NCBI GenBank assembly: GCA_951406725.2
Contig: OX597825.1
Span: 57,598,001 to 57,662,000 of the forward strand
Source of the DNA: Octopus vulgaris
Taxonomy: Eukaryota
Direction of reading: 5' to 3'
Length of the DNA stretch: 64,000 bases
Shown here: piece after piece, positions 25,404 through 39,135 of the stretch
How the letters are laid out: the number at the start of each line of letters is the position of its first letter
How positions within the stretch are numbered: position 1 is the stretch's first letter
Translations under genes and position numbers: made by a program
The notes under the pieces: generated by a model
Databases searched by the model: none
What the model saw: the letters and a program-made list of their open reading frames with translations, nothing else
What the model was told of the DNA's origin: nothing

Positions 25404-27178
25404 TTTGATTTTGATTTTGATTTTTCCAGTTTCAGCTAATGAGCTGTGGCCATGCTGGGGCACCGCCATTTGGTTTGCTACACGGATGCTTTTTAGCAAA
25501 CGCCATCTGATGCATGAGAGAGTTCGATGCAGCTGCCCTCATCTGCACCTCCTGCCGTGAAGTTGGTTCATCCGGGACACCTGACAGGAAGAGATCCAGT
25601 CCTACTTTAAAGATATCCGCATCTACACCATGCAGGTCCCTCAGGTTCTTCGGGAGGATATTGAAGAGCTGTGGGCCTCTGAAGCCCAGGCTATCACAGT
25701 ATCTTGTCCTACATCTTGATGGCAAATTTGGAGTCCTTGGTACTACGCAGTGGCGCCCGGTTCTGGCATTTGTGTGACTCTCGATGCCAAAGTTTGGGAC
25801 AAGTCCTTCCAGGATCTTCCAGATATATATTATGGCATATCTTTCTCGCCTACGCTCCAGGGAATAGAGCTTTAATCTCTTGAGTCTTTCCCAGTAGCTC
25901 ATATGCTGCACAGAGGCTATCTTCTTCGTGTAGCTTCGTTGGATTGCCTCAAGTTCTGTGATCAACTTGACACTGGATGGTGACCATAGCTGAGAGCAAT
26001 AGTCAAAGTGGCTTAGGACCAGTGTCTTCCAGAGGACCATCATGGTTTCTTGTTCTCTTGTTCTAAAGGTTCTAAGAATCCAGCCAGCCAGCCGTCTACA
26101 TTTCATTGCCAGTTTAGCAACATATACATGAAAGGTCGCGTCATCACTCATGTGAATACCCAGGTCACGCACTGATTGTGCCTCTGGGATTGCAATCCCT
26201 CCGGGTCCAGTGTATTCATTGGCTATTGCATTCAGATTTGCATGCTGATAGTATAAAGCTTGAAACTTTTCAGCATTGAACTGCATGCTATTCTTTTCAG
26301 CCCGCTCGTATATTTCGTCCAGCTCACATTGCAGGTGCTTAGTGTCTTCAGGGTTCTGTATTGCCTGTGAAACTTTTGTATCATCTGCATAACTTGTGAT
26401 CGTGGCTCTCTGCGTGGCTGAGGGCATGTCTGAGAGGGCCATTATGAACAGTAGTGGTCCCAAAACAGTGTCCTGCGGAACACCGCTCACTATTTGCGTG
26501 TTAATGGAAGTGGCCCCATTGGCTGCTACCACCTGGCTTCTATTCTTCAGAAAGTCATGAAGCCATTCTCCCAATTTTCCAACTATGCCAAGATCACGCA
26601 GTTTGTGACATATCATTCCATGATCGACTTTATCAAAGGCCTTTGCAAAGTCGAGATATATGACTTCCACATTTGAGTGGTTGAGCAGTTGTTTCAGCAC
26701 CCAGTCATAGTGTTGTAGGAGCTGAGTTAAGCAGCTTCTTCCTGGTCGGAAACCGTGTTGGGTGTCAGGCAGCAAGTCATTTTCTTCAAGGAAGGTGATT
26801 AGTTTCCTTCTGACTATTCGTTCCATGACCTTGCTGATGTGTGAGGTTAGAGAGATAGGTCTGTAGTTCTTGGCCTCCGCTCTGCTACCTCCTTTATGAA
26901 TAGGGCATGTTTTACCTTCCTTCAGTTTTCTTGGAAGTTTGCCAGTTGCAAGGAAGCTCTGAAAGAGAGACCGCAGTGGCCTTGCTAGGACCCTCTTACA
27001 TACTTTTAGAAGGATTGCTAGGAATCCATCGGGGCCAGTAGCTGAGTTTGTTTTCATCTCATCTATAGCCTTTATTACATCGTCTTCCTTTATATTGATG
27101 TAATCAATCATCGCCGCCTCTGACCACATATCTGCAGTGGTGAGGAAGTCAGTTGGATTGCTGATTTGGAAATGCCCA
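25404..27178 (-). mobile_element. CR1-group LINE, 5'-truncated, young
   Basis: Uninterrupted RT ORF, 3' hairpin CAGCT-CATT-AGCTG, (AAAATC)n tail, (TA)n on both flanks. Confidence 0.95.
25432..27170 (-). CDS. Reverse transcriptase domain of LINE ORF2 (endonuclease missing)
   Basis: [50 protein letters not shown] (QG to QD), [20 protein letters not shown]. The ORF-track N-terminus comes from the (TA)n repeat. Confidence 0.9.
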
Positions 27179-27242
<64 letters not shown>

Positions 27243-27247
27243 TTATA

Positions 27248-27356
<109 letters not shown>

Positions 27357-28268
27357 CATATATATATATAACTCCATCCCAATTTTAGAATCTTTCCCCT
27401 CTACAAATTTAAAGACAATGCCACTCTTACCCAGCGAATAACCATGGATACCTTATTAATAAATACAGACCACTTCTAAACACATGCCCCTAACACGAAC
27501 CCACAACAAACACACTTACACCTGCACACACCCTACACACACCTTTACCCAGATATTAACACCATGACACACACAAATATATGGTTTCACACATACACAT
27601 AATTGAATACGGTGCAAAACATTCAACACTATTTTTTGAAATGGCTGTAAATATTGACTTCACACAAATACGTTGCTTCCCGATATATAAATATTGAAAA
27701 TTTTACCCACACACACACACATATATACACGCGCGCGCGCCCCAACATACATATAAACACACACGCACGCGCGCGCGCACACACATACATACATACAGCT
27801 CTCCCTGTTCTAAACGAACTTACTTATCCAGTCAAGCGGAAAATACACTCCCTAACTACGCGCTAAAAAGCTATTTAAAATATCCATGACGTCTACTGAC
27901 CAGCCTAACAATAAGAATTTTCAACAACACTATTTTCGAAAATTCTAAACGTTCATGACCTCTTTATTATGGCCAATAAGAAATTTTAGGCGGGACACTA
28001 TAACTTCTCGGAGCCTTTTTTCTACCCCAACACCAACTTCCATTCAAACATTCACGTGACCCCTTCATAATGACCAATCAAAATTTTAGGCGCGAAACCA
28101 AGCAAATCCCAAACAACTCTGGAGCCTCTTTTTTCACATATAAGAGACAGACTCTAATCTCTCTTTTATATTTTGATAAGCATAACAAATGCGCAACCGG
28201 TAAAAAGAACTTTCACCTAATTAAATTACTTAAATTACTTCAATTATTTGTCAGCATTTTCTTCATTT

Positions 28269-28308
<40 letters not shown>

Positions 28309-28311
28309 TAC

Positions 28312-28734
<423 letters not shown>

Positions 28735-29099
28735 GCCTAGATAGATCGTTAGTCACTACACACACATTTTTTTATCTCCTTTTTTTCTCTCCTTGTTTTT
28801 TCTGTGTCCTTTTCTGTAGAAGAGCGTAGGCTTTTCCTATTCCTGAGCGTTATACTAATACATCTGTTTGTTTTGTACACCACCTGTCTTCGTCTTTTGT
28901 TTTTTTCGTAAACTCTCCCTATATATATATATATATATATATATAATACCAGTGTCAGTCAAAAGCCTTTTCGGATTTTCACTGATGATGTGTGGCAACT
29001 TATATCTACATGTTATATTATTAACTTGATACAAATTGTCCAATCGTTGATTAATTAATTATTCTTTATTTTCATATATAACATATAAACATTAAGTGG

Positions 29100-29590
29100 T
29101 TATTCTTTATTTTACAGTTTTCATAATGATGTGGTGAAAAATTGCAGTTAGAACCATATTGCGCTACCAGTGGAGAAAAGGAACGCGTGGCACAAAATTG
29201 GTTCAGACGCGTTAAGGAAGGTGACATCAACCTCGAAGACAAGTCAAGGTCAGGGAGACCTTCTGTTGTGAAAGCTGAGGCTTTGCTTCAAATGATTTAA
29301 CAACAACAACCAAGCACAAGCACTCGTACGTTGTCCGCAGATCTTGATCCTTCAAAAAGCACTGTCAGCAGACACCTCCATAAGCTTGACCTTGTGAACA
29401 GACGCTGTCGAGAAGCTCCTTGTGAACCGACCAATGACCAAGCTCGATGACGTGTGGTTATTTGTGGACAACTGCTGGTAAATTCTCGAGATGCTCGCTT
29501 TTGGCGCCGAATTGTAAATGAGAATGAAAAACGGATTTAATTTCATAATCTTAATAAGAGAGATCAGGGTCTTTGTTCCGGCCAGGCTTC
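29100..29590 (+). pseudogene. mariner transposase N-terminal half
   Basis: AQNWFRRVKEGDINLEDKSRSGRP, STVSRHLHKL, FWRRIV. Confidence 0.85.
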
Positions 29591-29881
29591 AGAACCTGTC
29601 GTCGAATCATATTCTACATATCGAGGCGGCTAGATTTGACTGGTATGCGGTAACCGGACACTTCCCACTGATGATTTCCAGTAGAATGCAGTCACGTGAT
29701 ATAATTCCGGCGCTCATGACGATTGTCGTCTGCTATGATCTTCGCTTGTGCTTTTATGCACCAACAGCATATATGAGAGGATTTCTGGAGGCTAAAAACG
29801 AAGTATTCGGTGTTCTAACAAGACATCCACTTTAAGTTGTATATAAAGATTACCTTTTAGTATTAATACTGTTTTTGTCCC

Positions 29882-29936
<55 letters not shown>

Positions 29937-29969
29937 TTAATAATAATAATGATGATGATGATAATAATG

Positions 29970-30142
29970 GCAGCCATTTTGGGGAGGGGGTGAGTCGATT
30001 ACATCGACTCCAGTGTTTCACTGGTCCTTAATTTATTGACTCCGAAACGATGAAAGGCAAAGTTGACCTTGGTGGAATTTGAATTCAGAATGTGAAGACA
30101 GACGAAATGCCCGGTGTGCTAACGATTCTACCAGCGCTCCGC
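29970..30142 (-). mobile_element. SINE family B, degenerate
   Basis: GATGAAAGGCAAAGTTGACCTTGGTGGAATTTGAA central domain. Confidence 0.75.
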
Positions 30143-30143
30143 T

Positions 30144-30206
<63 letters not shown>

Positions 30207-30227
30207 ATAATAATGATGATGATGATG

Positions 30228-30560
30228 ATATCTCAGCAAAGGGATTTGAAAAATTGTCGAAATATAAAAGACCTTGTGATTGAGATATCTAGGACGTGGC
30301 AATTAAAAAGGAAAACCATCCTAGTATCCTAGGAATGAACAAAAAAGGTAATGACAAGTTTTTTTTTACCAGATCGCTGGGAAACCAACAAACTATGAGA
30401 CTAAAAAAATTGTGTTGACATCAATCGCCCACTTTCTCAGGAAGTTTCTCCCCATCTAATATATACGTACTTTAGGTCTCTGGTTGAGACCGGCCGAAAG
30501 ATGAAATAAAAGGCAGATCAATTGGAAAATAATAATAAAAACAACAACAAAAATAATAAT
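30228..30560 (+). mobile_element. Dong/R4-like LINE 3' end
   Basis: EKLSKYK..IEISRTWQLK..KIVLTSIAHFLRKFL* (RLE C-terminus) between (TAA)n-rich tracts. Confidence 0.75.
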
Positions 30561-30564
30561 AGGT

Positions 30565-31880
30565 CTCAACAGAACAGGGTATAGATATAAAATTGGTGAC
30601 AAGAAAAGTCACCTATTTTAGATGGATAACTTAAAACTCTATGGCAAAGACAATAATGAGCTTGAAGGACTACTACGTACTGTAAGAGCATTCAGTGATG
30701 TCATTGGGATGAAATTTGGTCTTGATATATGTGCCAAGGCTACTTTCCAGAAAGGAAAACTGAAGACCTCACATTCAGTGGTGTTGGATGTTGACACAGA
30801 CATAAAAGAACTCGAGCAGGAACAAACTTACAAATACCTCGAAATAAATGAGGGGTCTGACATTCAACATGGAAGTATGAAAGAAAAGATCAGGAAAGAG
30901 TGTTACAGGAGAGTTCGAGTAGTCCTAAAATCCAAGTTACCAATGCGCGTAACAAAGTGTTAGCTATAAATTCCTTAGCAGTTCCTGTTGTTATTTACAG
31001 TTTCAATGTGTTGAGCGAAATAAGGAAGATTGATAGGAAAATCCGTAAGCTACTAACTTGCAATAAGATGCACTACCCAAAGGCAGACGCATATCATCTT
31101 TACCAACCCAGAGTTCAAGGAGGTTGAGGCTTGATCCAGTTTGAAATCTACGAAACCACCACAACTGGACTGATAAAATATCTTGAAACGTCTAACGACT
31201 GGATGCTAAAGCTCGTTGAAAACCATAACAGATGTAAGAAGCTTTTTTTCTGTTATGAAGGAGAGCAAAAATTTTTCAAGTGAGTTTATGCATAATACCT
31301 AGGTTTAACAGCATGAGGAATGTGCAGCAACTGTAGTTGCAAAGAAGGTGAAATCAATAGCAAAGCAAAATGAATTTGAACAATTAGCTCATAGGTGGGA
31401 ACAAAATCTCTGCAGGGCAAATACGCAGCCCGTAGCAAACAAGCTGATGTAGACCAGAATCACACCCATCCATGCCTACGGAGCCCAGGGCTAAAGGCAG
31501 AGAATGAATTATTGATTGACATGGTACCCTGTGACCATAATATCTCGGCAAGGGAATTTGATAAGTTCAGAAAATATAGATTTGATAATCGAAATCGAAA
31601 AGATGTGGCATCTCAAGACGGATACAATACCAGTGATTGTGGGAGCACTTGGAATGATCAAAAAAAGAACTGAAAATTATTTGAGAATACTCCTTGACTT
31701 TTTATTTTTTCCTTTATCTCTATTACATGACTCTGTAAATGAACAATCTGGTGTGTTTATTTTAATGACCTACCAATGTATACAGTACCTTTCTCTGCCG
31801 TAGGTGTCAGGAAGATACCCGGCAAGAAATGGAAACAGAATTGAAAGATATTAATGAAGATAACAACAACAACAACAACA
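30565..31880 (+). mobile_element. Dong/R4-like LINE fragment with internal deletions
   Basis: MDNLKLY, GMKFGLDICAK, YKYLEI, AINSLAVPV..YSF, IEIEKMWHLKT.TIPVIVGALGMI. Confidence 0.85.
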
Positions 31881-32418
31881 AACTGATTGGAAGTGTTATC
31901 ATGTACATACTGATTGGAAGTGTTAGCATGTACATTGTTTTGTCTTGGAATAAAAGATGGGCTACAGCAAATATTCTGCTCAATACCGCAGATTTGCTTT
32001 TCAGTTGTTTGACCGTAACCAGTTGACCATGTCCCTTAGTGGTTGACGATATGTGCATCTCTGATCACAAGCAGAAATAGTGGGGGAGCATCATAGCCAT
32101 GTGATGAGAGGAATTCTTTGGGGTTTGGATAATTCAACTATGGAAACATGGGTGTTTCGTTCAACATCCTTAAACAACCCTTATTCGGGGACCTTTTGAG
32201 CGGGATGGGTTACTCGACCAGAAGAAAATTCTAACTGGGCCCCACCTGCAAGGTCATGTGCTGTTTATCTTGATATGAGATCACTATGTTGCGCACATAT
32301 GGTTGTGATGCACGTGCCTAGTGTAACCTTATCAGACGGGTAGTCATGATGGGTATACTGGGCTTCGTATATTTTACCCCAGTGCCACTTTGATGGCATG
32401 CACTGCTCTCTCACTCAA
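31881..32418 (+). mobile_element. Non-coding (TAA)n-associated retroposon, 5'-truncated
   Basis: Reverse complement of 40219-40665 and 40792-41384. Ends CTCTCTCACTCAATAAT. Confidence 0.8.
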
Positions 32419-33292
32419 TAATGATAATATTTATTAGCCAGCAAGGAAACACACAAAAAACAAATGCTAGCATATAATAAACAACAGATAGAATCTTGAT
32501 ATGATGTGCACACGCGCGCGCGCACACACACTAATTAAAGCTACGGCATAGGACCAATGACGTTTCGGCCATAACCAACTAGTAAATTAATAATTCCTCC
32601 CCATCCCCCCAAATTTCCTGTGTATCTGATTATCCAACATATCCTTTCTTTTTCCTCAAAGACTGTTGAGTGTGGTCCGAGTGTGATTTGGTTGAACTTG
32701 GCTGCTGTTTCTAGCAAATTAAGTGCCAAGTAGAGGCCCGCCTTCCTAGTTAGCTCAAGCGTCTCCTGTTGACTTTACAAGCGTTCTTTTGCAACAACTC
32801 TTAAACATTGTATTAAAACAATAACAAAACAATTAATATATATATAACTCTTTCAGAAGAAGCCTTAAGTTTTCCAATTAAACAACGCTTGATGAAACCA
32901 ATTAATAATTGTTTTAGTGGGAGTGTTAACCTACTGAAAACCTCAAAAACTATTAAGCAATTCTGAGTAGATGTAGAGGTAGATGGCAAGACGGAAGGCT
33001 GATGATCTCTAAACTGGGTCAATGACTTCAAATCGCACCACTTCTCACCTTGAGGTCTTGTTTGAATTGAGGCGATTTCGGAAGTTGGACTGATTACAAC
33101 TGGTTCTTCTGTTTACAAACATACCCACGCACACACAAACACACATTTACAGAAAACAAATAGACACATATCTATCAATTTATCTTTTCGTATGACTGAA
33201 TGCATGTGTGTGTGTGGGTGTGTGTGGGTGCGTATATGTGTGTGTATATTGTACACACATACACGCACACATACATACACACACACATTAGG

Positions 33293-33584
33293 TGCAGAGG
33301 TGGCCGTGTGGTAAGAAGCTTGCTTCCCAGCCACATGGTTCTGGGTTCAGTTCAACTGCGTGGTACCTTGGGCAAGTGTCATTTACTATAGCCTCGGTCT
33401 ACCGAAGCCTTGTGAACGGATTTGATGTTCTTATCTCTCTGTACTTAGCAATTCGGCGAAAGAAACTGATAGAATAAGTACTAGGTTTACAAAGAATAAG
33501 TTCTGGGGTAGATTTCTTCGATTAAATACTCTCTAAGCCGGTGCTGCAGCATGCCGCAGATAAATAACTGAAACAAATAAAAGC
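33293..33584 (+). mobile_element. SINE family A, internally deleted
   Basis: Family A head and tail. Confidence 0.8.
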
Positions 33585-33677
<93 letters not shown>

Positions 33678-33732
33678 ATAGAGGTATTCCTATGTACACA
33701 GCCAGCTAGATATGTATATATATGTATGTATG

Positions 33733-33786
<54 letters not shown>

Positions 33787-33790
<4 letters not shown>

Positions 33791-33897
33791 CTGCTCGTTT
33801 AGCCAGCGGGATGGCGTCATTCGAAGGCTAAAACAATGTGAACGCATTGTGACCAGCGATGTGTAGCAACATCTGATGGTCTGGTCGGTCACGTGAT

Positions 33898-33905
<8 letters not shown>
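33787..33905 (+). repeat. Probable SINE 3' fragment embedded in (TA)n
   Basis: GC-richer island ending GGTCACGTGATCACGTGATATA. Single copy here, so the family is unassigned. Confidence 0.4.
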
Positions 33906-33938
<33 letters not shown>

Positions 33939-35182
33939 CAGTGTGCGATGGGTAAATTGTTGTCGCTGTTTTATATTTTAATTTCGTTCATGCGCATTGT
34001 TTGTTTTTGATTTTGTCGACTACACAGTATGGTAGAGTCAGGTGGGCACCGTTTTTTGAGAAAAGCACCAGCATGACACAATTCACTCTGCCAGAAATTT
34101 GGAATCGACATGCTGTACTGCTTGGAAGCTCCAAATACGAACATTTCTGAGTGTTTGGGTGGCAATTTGAGAATAGTGCAGAGGATTCGGAAAGAGTTGG
34201 ATTAGTCTAATGGTGATTACGAAAGTATGGCAGCTTGGAAAACTCACTCTGATCGTTCTGATGAGAAAAGAACTCTTGAATTTGTCGGTGTGATCCAAGT
34301 CACGATGGACAACGATCCCTCCAAGTCAATCAGGTCCATTGCCAGGGACACGGGTGTGTATGAGCTTCTTATCAGGCAGGTAGTGCATGAAGACATTCGG
34401 TATTACACGTACAAAATGAGAAAGGGCCAATTTTTATCCCAAGTCATCAGGACAAGAGGAAATATCGCGCTACGAAGCTTTTGAACGAAGTCAAGCATCC
34501 CCTCCAACCGAACATGCTTTGGTTTTCCACAGACGAGAAAAATTTCTGCCAGGATCAGATGGTGAACACGCAGAACAATCATTGGCCTGCCGTGTCCCCA
34601 AAACATGCATCGAGAATGATAAAAATCAAACATCCAGTTAGCATAATGGTGTTTGAAGTAATCACTAGTGATGGCGACGTTATGCCTCCATTCATCTCCT
34701 CACACGGCCTCAAATTCAACACGAAGGGCTATATCAAGTGCCTGCAGGATGTAGTGCTGCCCTGGGTCAAGAGGTGGCTGCTGGAAGACCCTATGTTGGG
34801 CAACAGGACTCTGCACCATGTCACACAAGCATGAGAACCCAGTCATGGCTGTCAGATAATTTCTGCGATTACATCACCCCTAATATCTGGCCACTTAACT
34901 CTCCAGACTGCAACCTCCTTGATTATGATGTGTGGGGCACAGTTGAGCGAGAGACCAGCAAAACTCCTTGTAACACCAAAGATGAACTGAAGGTAAGGAT
35001 TATGGCAGCATTCACCAACTTAAACATTGGTTGAAGCCAATGGCAATTTTATTGAATAGATTTACTCTTTAGTATTTCAGGATATTTTTATGCAATTTTG
35101 GTAAATATATGTGTTAAAATGAGTTGTCAGAGTTATTTTCATTTTTGCGTAATGTAGACGACAATTTATTCACCGCACCCTG
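33939..35182 (+). mobile_element. maT-type (DD37D) Tc1/mariner element, frameshifted
   Basis: TIRs CAGTGTGCGATGGGTAAATTGTTGTC / GACGACAATTTATTCACCGCACCCTG. FSTDEKNF and QQDSAPCH..WPLNSPDCNLLDY with 37 residues between the last two Asp. Confidence 0.92.
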
Positions 35183-35644
35183 AATACATGTCAGATCGCT
35201 CTTGGGCGCTACTGGTAACATGTAGCCCAGTACAACCTACTGCATGGGCGGGTCGTGGGTGACTAAAATGGTAATCCCATAAAGCTTGCTTGGTGAGGAC
35301 GGTGATTGTTAAATACCCTGCGGGACGAAGAATATGACCTGTCAAAGGGCGGAAGAGCTCATAAGAAGTCAACAACCATCTAACAATATGTGCACATTAT
35401 TATGTATGTATGTATGTATGCACGGGGGCGTGAAAATTCCTGGGTTGGTGTCCAGGAGCGCGGTTGGCCCACTGGGAGTGGGAGGACCCCTGTTTTCACA
35501 ACATCTCTCTAAGAGAAAACCTGCGACACTGACAATATTCGATAATGTAGATTAGTTCTTTTCGAGTTTTTGTCCATGGTCAGAGAGTGGGATTGGATTT
35601 GTGCAAATCCTTTCCCCACGACAAAAAATCATCATGCACAGACA

Positions 35645-36008
35645 TCTCTTATTATAAAAGGCAGATTTTATCTGCCTCCCTTTGGGAGTTATACAAATCT
35701 ACAATATAGGATTTCTTCAATTACAATTTACCTAGCAATTTTAAGAGTAGAATGCATCGCGTCATGCCAGGTCCAGTTTTTAAAATTTAAACTCCAATTA
35801 AGCAAAATTTACAGAAAACTCACATTCTGGTGTGTGTGTCAAATGCTTTTCTTAGTCTGGTTTACACCACACGCAAACGCACACACACAGTGGGCAGCGA
35901 ATAAAATGAAAGTAATTCACTTACTGTAGTGAGTGATTCTTTCACTCTGCCTCCCACTTCCTCTTTCAACACAGACACGCAAATATATAAATAAAATTGT
36001 AAGCTAAC

Positions 36009-36010
<2 letters not shown>
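35645..36010 (+). mobile_element. Helitron-like 5' segment
   Basis: Starts A|TCTCTTATTATAAAAG (5'-TC after A) and runs into a (GT)n tract. No 3' CTAG end identified. Confidence 0.4.
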
Positions 36011-36049
<39 letters not shown>

Positions 36050-36150
36050 TGTGTGTGTGTGTGAGGGTGCGCGCGTGTGTGTGTGTGTGTGTGCGAGTGT
36101 GCGTGAGTGTGTGACAGGAAAGTTTTTTAAGACGAATATAAGTAGCAGAA

Positions 36151-36523
36151 AGATAAGACAGTAAGGTGTGATTTGAGGGAGATTTGGCTGCTATTTCTAC
36201 CATGTCTAGCTGCCATGTAGGGGTCTCCCTCATAGGCTCATACATACATATATACATAGATAAGACAGTAAGGTGTGATTTGGGGGAAATTTGGCTGCTA
36301 TTTCTACCAGGTCTAGCTGCCATGTAGGGGTCTCCCTCATAGGCTCATACATACATATATACATAGATAAGACAGTAAGGTGTGATTTGGGGGAAATTTG
36401 GCTGCTATTTCTACCAGGTCTAGCTATCATGTAGAGGTCCCCTCATTGGCTCATATATATATACATACATAAGACAGTAAGGTGTGATTTGAGGGAGATT
36501 TGGCTGCTGTTTCTACCAGGTCT
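36151..36523 (+). repeat. 107-bp tandem repeat, about 3.5 units
   Basis: AGATAAGACAGTAAGGTGTGATTTG..GGCTCATACATAC units start at 36151, 36258, 36365 and about 36469. Confidence 0.92.
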
Positions 36524-36589
36524 GTTAGGCCTTCTCATGTAAACTCAAGCTTTCTCATGCCTTGAACATAAGACCAAAGCAGAGAATGT

Positions 36590-36815
36590 ATTCTTTTATT
36601 CTTCTGCTTTTTCCAGCCATTGGTCTGTGGCCATGCTGGGGCAATGCCTTGAAGAATTGTAGTTTAATGAATCAACTCCACTTTTATTTTTGTAAGCATT
36701 GTACTTATTCTATCTGTTTCCTTTGTCAAACCACTAGGTGACAGGAATGTAAACAAACCAACATTCGTTGTCAAGCAGTGGTGGAGGACAATCACAAGCA
36801 CAGACACACACACAC
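36590..36815 (-). mobile_element. SINE family A, degenerate 3' half
   Basis: TGGCCATGCTGGGGCA tail and GTACTTATTCTATC body. Confidence 0.75.
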
Positions 36816-36897
36816 ACACACATACATGCATACACATATACACACATACATACATACATACATACATATGTATATGTGTGTGTATATATATATTGCA

Positions 36898-37205
36898 GTG
36901 TTTGTAAGCCATTTAAGAAACACACAAAAACCGTTACATTCACTTCAACATTTAAATTTAATTTGCCAAAATATTTTCATCGCTTTGAGACCGCGACCTG
37001 TTCACTGACAAAAATATCGTGCTAACAGGTCGCGGTCTCAAAGCGATGAAAATATTTTGACAAATTAAACTTAAATGTTGAAGTGAATCTAACGGTTTTT
37101 GTGTGTTTCTTAAATGGCTTATAAACACCTTCAACGCTGCAACTGTTTTCGTTCCAGCACACGATCTCAGATCAAGTCACTTGCTATGCAAGTACATCTC
37201 TGTAA
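36898..37205. repeat. Inverted duplication (105-bp arms) of the G3:C8 hammerhead repeat
   Basis: Arms 36898-37002 and 37024-37128. Complete variant motif on the minus strand at 36965-37009. Confidence 0.85.
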
Positions 37206-37303
37206 CTATATATATATTTATATATATATATATATGTATATTGGTAAAAACAGTAAGATAACAAAAGAAAGAAAGAGACCTCAATATTATGTAAATAGAG
37301 GAA

Positions 37304-37643
37304 ATCTTTATATATAAAAGTGAGGTTGTGTGTCTGTCTCCTACGATTTAGATTCCTAACTACTCCCACATTTTGCGGTGCAGTTTAACCAAAAGCGGGT
37401 ATCTTATAGTCGTGATTCATATCGAGACCGTCTGGGTATTAGCGCGCGTCTACGATGAGTCTACGATTTAAAAAAAATTTACCATCAATTTTTCCCATTT
37501 TTAATCCATTTTTGACATATATAAGGGAAGTAACTCTCTAAAATTTATTATTAAATCTCAGAACGTAAAAAGCTACAGTAACACCCCTCCCCCTTTGTGG
37601 TTAGCCATATTGAGATGGCTATTATACTTTACATCTCTAAAAA
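37304..37643 (+). mobile_element. Helitron/HINE-like 5' segment
   Basis: A|TCTTTATATATAAAAGTGAGGTTGTGTGTCTGTC start is typical of non-autonomous rolling-circle elements. Confidence 0.5.
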
Positions 37644-37856
37644 TGTCCATGGTCAGAGAGTGGGATTGGATTTGTGCAAATCCTTTCCCCACGACAAAAA
37701 ATCATCATGCACAGACATCGTTTATAAAAAAAAAGTAAGATTTGTCTCCAAAATGGTTAGTCGTAGCCTTCGCATGCGTTGAACTTTTTGAACAGGAGTT
37801 TACAGCTACCCATATATATATATATATATATGTATGTATACACTTATTTTTTAAAG

Positions 37857-37966
37857 ACTGGTACTTATTTTATCGGTTTTTTTGGCCGAACCACTAAGTT
37901 ATGGGGACGTAAACACACCAACACCGTTTGTCAAGCGGTGGTAGGATGACAAACACAGACACAAAG

Positions 37967-38057
<91 letters not shown>

Positions 38058-38219
38058 TATAAACCCATATACAACAGACTTCTTTCAGTTTCCGTCTACC
38101 AAATCCACTAACAAGGCTTAGGCCGGTTCGAGGCAATAGTAGAAGACACTTGCACAAGGTGTCACGCAGTGGGAACCCGGAACCCGGAACCCTGTGGTTA
38201 GGAAAGCAAGCTTCTTACC
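37857..38219 (-). mobile_element. SINE family A lacking tail
   Basis: Head and body match, with an expanded internal (CA)n. Confidence 0.85.
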
Positions 38220-38276
38220 AATCTATTTACTTCCGCACCTATCTATTCACTTCCTGCATTCATGGTAATACTCCAC

Positions 38277-38361
<85 letters not shown>

Positions 38362-38402
38362 AAACACGCTTACACCTTTAGAAAAACGTATACAATATAA
38401 AG

Positions 38403-38442
<40 letters not shown>

Positions 38443-38530
38443 ACACACAACAGACATATATATACATATGGTTGTATATATGTGTATATATATGTATATA
38501 TGTGTACATATAAGTATATGTAAATGTGTG

Positions 38531-38569
<39 letters not shown>

Positions 38570-38621
38570 TCATACACACAAAAACACATACAAGAATACA
38601 TGCATACATACACACACGCAT

Positions 38622-38701
<80 letters not shown>

Positions 38702-39135
38702 TAAAATTCACAGTTTAGTGATTGCACCGGAAGTGTTTAGCAAAACAAACGTAATACCAAATGGAGGGAAGTGGGAGATGGCCGACAGGAAAAAAACGAT
38801 GGAAGGCTGTTTATGACACAAGTTTATGTAATGAAAAAGATTTTAAATTTCTTCGTTCCTTTATAGGCGTAATACACGCGCAAGCGCGTGTGTGCGCGTG
38901 TGCTTGAGTCTATAAAACAGAGTAAATAAGTGCGTAATACCCACACGAGCGTTTATTAATTTATTCAAACTTGGATCTTGTCTTTGGTCACCCAGAATAC
39001 ATTAATAAGAGCTTAATTACTCGGGCTTCTTACAAGCGTAAATAGACGGTAGAATTTTTGTTGCAACCCGGGGTATTGCGTATGTCTGCGACTATGAAAT
39101 ACCAATCAATTCCGTAGTATAGATATATCTATATA

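Noticed and set aside
32552-32600. GGCCGAAACGTC hammerhead-like 3' half on the minus strand
   Set aside because: No upstream CUGANGA core or stem I partner was found.
36151-36523. CRISPR-like array
   Set aside because: Whole units repeat with no unique spacers, the context is eukaryotic, and there are no cas genes.
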